Source of the DNA: a bacterium | GTDB taxonomy: Bacteria > Patescibacteriota > Minisyncoccia > UBA6257 > 2-01-FULL-56-20 | DNA length: 64,000 nt | Reading direction: 5' to 3' | NCBI GenBank assembly: GCA_027310965.1 | Contig: DAICZW010000001.1 | Coordinates: 37,236-101,235, forward strand | Part shown: one piece after another, positions 61,273 to 64,000 of the stretch | Position numbering within the stretch: the stretch's first letter is position 1 | Layout: each line of letters begins with the position of its first letter | Program-made: the position numbers and the translations under genes | Notes under the pieces: model-generated | Database searches by the model: none | What the model was told of the DNA's origin: nothing | Seen by the model: only the letters and a program-made list of their open reading frames with translations

Positions 61273-61812
61273 ATGAAAAAGAAAAATTCCGGCGGCAATA
61301 ATATCGGGTTGAAAGAACTTTTCAGCGAAGTGAAGAAAATAGGTTCTCGCATGGACGATCGCGATGTCGAAATAAGGAAGATCGGTGTCCTCATGGAAAG
61401 CCATGATATTGAAATAAAAAAGATAGGCGTCATTTTGGAAAGCCATGATGTCGAAATAAGGAAGATTGGTGTCCTTTTGGAAGAACGCGACGACAAACTC
61501 GACTTGGTTTTGGAAGGATATGCCGCGCTGGATAAAAAGATCGATGATCTTCACGAAGAGATGAATGAACGGTTTGCGATTGTTGATTTTAAATTCGGCA
61601 TTGTTTTTGAAGAAATAAACGGGATAAAAGGCGAGATTATTGTAATAAATGGACGATTGGAAAGAATTGAAGGACGGCTCGAAAAACTCGAAGTGCGGAT
61701 AGGGAAAGTCGAAGTACGGCTGGAAAAAGTCGAGGGAACGCTTGTGGAAATTCGCAGCGATTTAAATGCCGAAACGGATTGCGGCGAATTGGCTGTATTT
61801 AAAAGCCTATAA
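61273..61812 (+). CDS. Coiled-coil protein with 14-aa tandem repeats
   Basis: GGAGG RBS; three copies of D(V/I)EI(R/K)KIGV(L/I)(L/M)E, then heptads RLE(K/R)(I/L/V)E. Confidence 0.8.
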   Translation: MKKKNSGGNNIGLKELFSEVKKIGSRMDDRDVEIRKIGVLMESHDIEIKKIGVILESHDVEIRKIGVLLEERDDKLDLVLEGYAALDKKIDDLHEEMNERFAIVDFKFGIVFEEINGIKGEIIVINGRLERIEGRLEKLEVRIGKVEVRLEKVEGTLVEIRSDLNAETDCGELAVFKSL

Positions 61813-62007
61813 CTTATATCAAGATAGTCCGATAGGCAGCCGTAGGTTCTCTTCGCTCACTAATATCACGTGCGTAAGTTTGCGGGATGGCGGCGCGCCG
61901 CCGGCTTTGCGGCGCAAACCGTTCCGGCGGTTTGAAACGAGTGCTATACCCCGCCGCGTGAGCGCGCGGAGCTTCATTTTTTTTGAGACGGGTTCTATAC
62001 TGTTTTT

Positions 62008-62727
62008 ATGGCGGATAAATTTTCTGAGCTTAAAAAACTCGAGGCGGAAATGGTGGCGGATGCGTCGTTGCCGTTGCGCGAATCGAACTTAGTGTTCGGC
62101 GAGGGAAATCCTGATTGCGCCGTGATGTTCGTCGGCGAAGCGCCGGGCATGAACGAAGATCGTTTGCGCCGGCCGTTCGTCGGCCGTGGCGGACAGCTGT
62201 TGGACGGGATGATGCGAAACATCGGTTGGAAGCGCGAAGACGTTTATATCACGAATATCGTAAAGCGCCGTCCGCCGGATAACCGTGATCCGCTGCCGGA
62301 GGAAATTGCGGCTTATAAGCCGTATCTCGCGCGGCAGATCGCCATCATCCGTCCGCCGGTTATCGTTACGCTCGGCCGGTTCGCGATGCATTATTTTCTT
62401 CCCGATGCGAAGATGATGCGCGACCATGGCCGGGTGTTTGCCGTTCCCCGGGAGCCGTTTGAGCAAGCAGAGAATGAAGGTGCCTTTCGTCGTCCCGGCG
62501 AAGAATCACCGGCTGGGGATTATCTCATTTTTCCCGTGTTGCATCCCGCGGCGGCGCTCCGGTCGCCGCAGCAGATGATGCTTCTTTTGAAGGAAGATTT
62601 TAAAAAATTGCCGAATATCATTAAGGGCGATTTTATTCCCGTAATCGCGACCCCCGTATTTTCCATCGGCTCCGCGCGAAAAGAAAACAAAAATCCGGGA
62701 AAAGAAAAGCAGAGAGCGTTGTTTTAG
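62008..62727 (+). CDS. Uracil-DNA glycosylase, family 4
   Basis: GEAPG..ED...RPFVGRGG, TN.VK.RPP.NRDP, HPAAALR. The usual Fe-S cysteines are absent (KRRPP, AAYKPYL). Confidence 0.93.
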   Translation: MADKFSELKKLEAEMVADASLPLRESNLVFGEGNPDCAVMFVGEAPGMNEDRLRRPFVGRGGQLLDGMMRNIGWKREDVYITNIVKRRPPDNRDPLPEEIAAYKPYLARQIAIIRPPVIVTLGRFAMHYFLPDAKMMRDHGRVFAVPREPFEQAENEGAFRRPGEESPAGDYLIFPVLHPAAALRSPQQMMLLLKEDFKKLPNIIKGDFIPVIATPVFSIGSARKENKNPGKEKQRALF

Positions 62728-62900
62728 AACCCGTCCTAAAAGCATGCCGGCGGGGATTGCCGGCCGTCGGCAGCGAGGAGAAAATAAATGCGTCCGCGCA
62801 TTCATTTTCTCAGAGCGAACCGGCGGATGAAACAGAGTTTCATAAAATTTCCGTAAGACCTGCGGATACTGCTTAAAAAGCTGCTTTTGAGACGGGTTCT
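62726..62900. mobile_element. MITE-like element, family A
   Basis: TAGAACCCGTCCTAAAAGCA ... TGCTTTTGAGACGGGTTCTA; the left end supplies the UDG TAG stop. Confidence 0.75.
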
Positions 62901-63045
62901 ATGACCGTACGGCGTGCTGCGCGGATGCGCTTGATTATCCGATTTCTGCTATACTTTAAATGGAGTTGTCATGATGTAATGTTATAGTATTCTATCGGAA
63001 AATCGGATATGCGGCACAACAACACTACACCATGCCAATACTTTT

Positions 63046-63390
63046 ATGAACTTCGCTTTTATTTATATCATCCAGCGTTTTCTTTATCGGTTCGTCGATT
63101 TCTTTCATCACTGGTATGTCGACGGAACCCGTTTTATAGCGCACAAATTCATTTCCGTGCTCACGGAAATGGATAAATCGTTCGCGGTTAAAATTACGCT
63201 TCGGCATTTTTTCGATCCGCTCTATAAAGATTACAGCATCGTGGGGAGGATTCTCGGGATTATCTTCCGTTCGATAAGGGTTGCGATCGGCGGCGCCGTT
63301 TACATTGTGTTCGCGATTGTCTTCCTTTTTTTATATCTCGTCTGGATCGCCATTCCGGCCGTACTTATTATTCTTGCGGTACGAGGATGA
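63046..63390 (+). CDS. Conserved small membrane protein
   Basis: FF.HWY...F....TLR.FF.PLYKDY...GR..G..FR followed by TM helices. Confidence 0.72.
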   Translation: MNFAFIYIIQRFLYRFVDFFHHWYVDGTRFIAHKFISVLTEMDKSFAVKITLRHFFDPLYKDYSIVGRILGIIFRSIRVAIGGAVYIVFAIVFLFLYLVWIAIPAVLIILAVRG

Positions 63391-63466
63391 ACCCGTCCTG
63401 ACGTTCTGATAATGGAGCATCTCGATACCTATTTTCATTACAATATCCAAACGCTGCAATACCAAT

Positions 63467-64000
63467 ATGACTTCTGTTGCTTCCCAAAAACAAGAAAAAA
63501 AACTGACCGTCGGTTTTTCCGATCCGCGTTTCGGTATGACGCTCGCGGGGAGGATTCTTATCCGCATCATACGGTATGTTTTTTATCTGACGCTCATCGC
63601 GGCGACGGCGATTTTTCTCTTCCAATCCGACCTCCGCGGTTTTCGCTATATCGGGTTATTGCTGTGCCTTTTTTTCGCCGACCGGCTGAGGCATCACGGC
63701 GAAGCAGATATCCCGTTCATCGAACTTCCCGCGGAAGGAGCAATCAATTTGGCGAAGGTCGTGCGGCCGCGGACTTTTTCCGTTCTGGAGCGGGCGTTCG
63801 ACCGGAGCATCATCACGAAGGAGGATTTTTTTCTGGAGACCGCGCGCCAGCTTATCGGCTATCCGCAGATTGAAGAAGGGTTGCGCCGTCTTGATGTTTC
63901 ACCCGAAGAGTTCAGACAGAAATTGGACGGGTTGCTTCTTGAAAGCAAAAATAAAGACCGCGGGACGGCGGAGTATTATCGCGCCGATGCCGAAGCGCTC
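63467..64000 (+). CDS. N-terminus of a probable membrane-anchored Clp-like AAA ATPase (partial)
   Basis: Frame open to the window end: MTSVASQKQEKKL...DPRF.M...GR, two TM helices, L.RLDV..EEF. The ATPase domain is not in the window, so the call rests on gene context. Confidence 0.5.
   Translation, partial: MTSVASQKQEKKLTVGFSDPRFGMTLAGRILIRIIRYVFYLTLIAATAIFLFQSDLRGFRYIGLLLCLFFADRLRHHGEADIPFIELPAEGAINLAKVVRPRTFSVLERAFDRSIITKEDFFLETARQLIGYPQIEEGLRRLDVSPEEFRQKLDGLLLESKNKDRGTAEYYRADAEAL

Noticed and set aside
63412-63873. 153-aa ORF from the supplied track
   Set aside because: The overlapping frame starting at 63467 is open to the window end and has plausible TM helices; the listed ORF begins in an 8-mer repeat tract.

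Overview
A 64 kb core-genome window that looks like Patescibacteria/CPR (Parcubacteria-like). This assignment is inferred from gene content and order; the genetic code is standard, since TGA ends atpB and atpD. Housekeeping genes include valS, serS, tsaD, rpmB, rplJ-rplL with an L10 leader, smpB, recO, mraZ-rsmH-ftsL-ftsI-murF, a complete F0F1 atp operon, purB, ychF, mpg, UDG, a two-component pair, an ABC/pilus-accessory-like trio and three intact tRNAs (Pro-GGG, Val-CAC, Asp-GTC). Six things stand out. (1) A six-gene Hyf/Ehr-type membrane complex appears to lack redox cofactors: the large subunit has no NiFe cysteines, three of the four [4Fe-4S] cysteines of the small subunit are each replaced by Asp, and no ferredoxin subunit is present. 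It converges on the atp operon, which ends in a beta-carbonic-anhydrase-like gene. (2) An intact tRNA-Val(CAC) is nested inside the anticodon loop of a different, decayed tRNA-Val(CAC). (3) An unannotated ~260 nt structured RNA follows tRNA-Asp. (4) There is a compact 6S-like RNA with its own promoter and terminator. (5) A hairpin element has a fixed loop and flanks but a fully variable 20-bp stem. (6) Several MITE/REP-like families nest inside each other and insert in-frame into essential proteins. All calls come from reading the sequence; no database searches were run.
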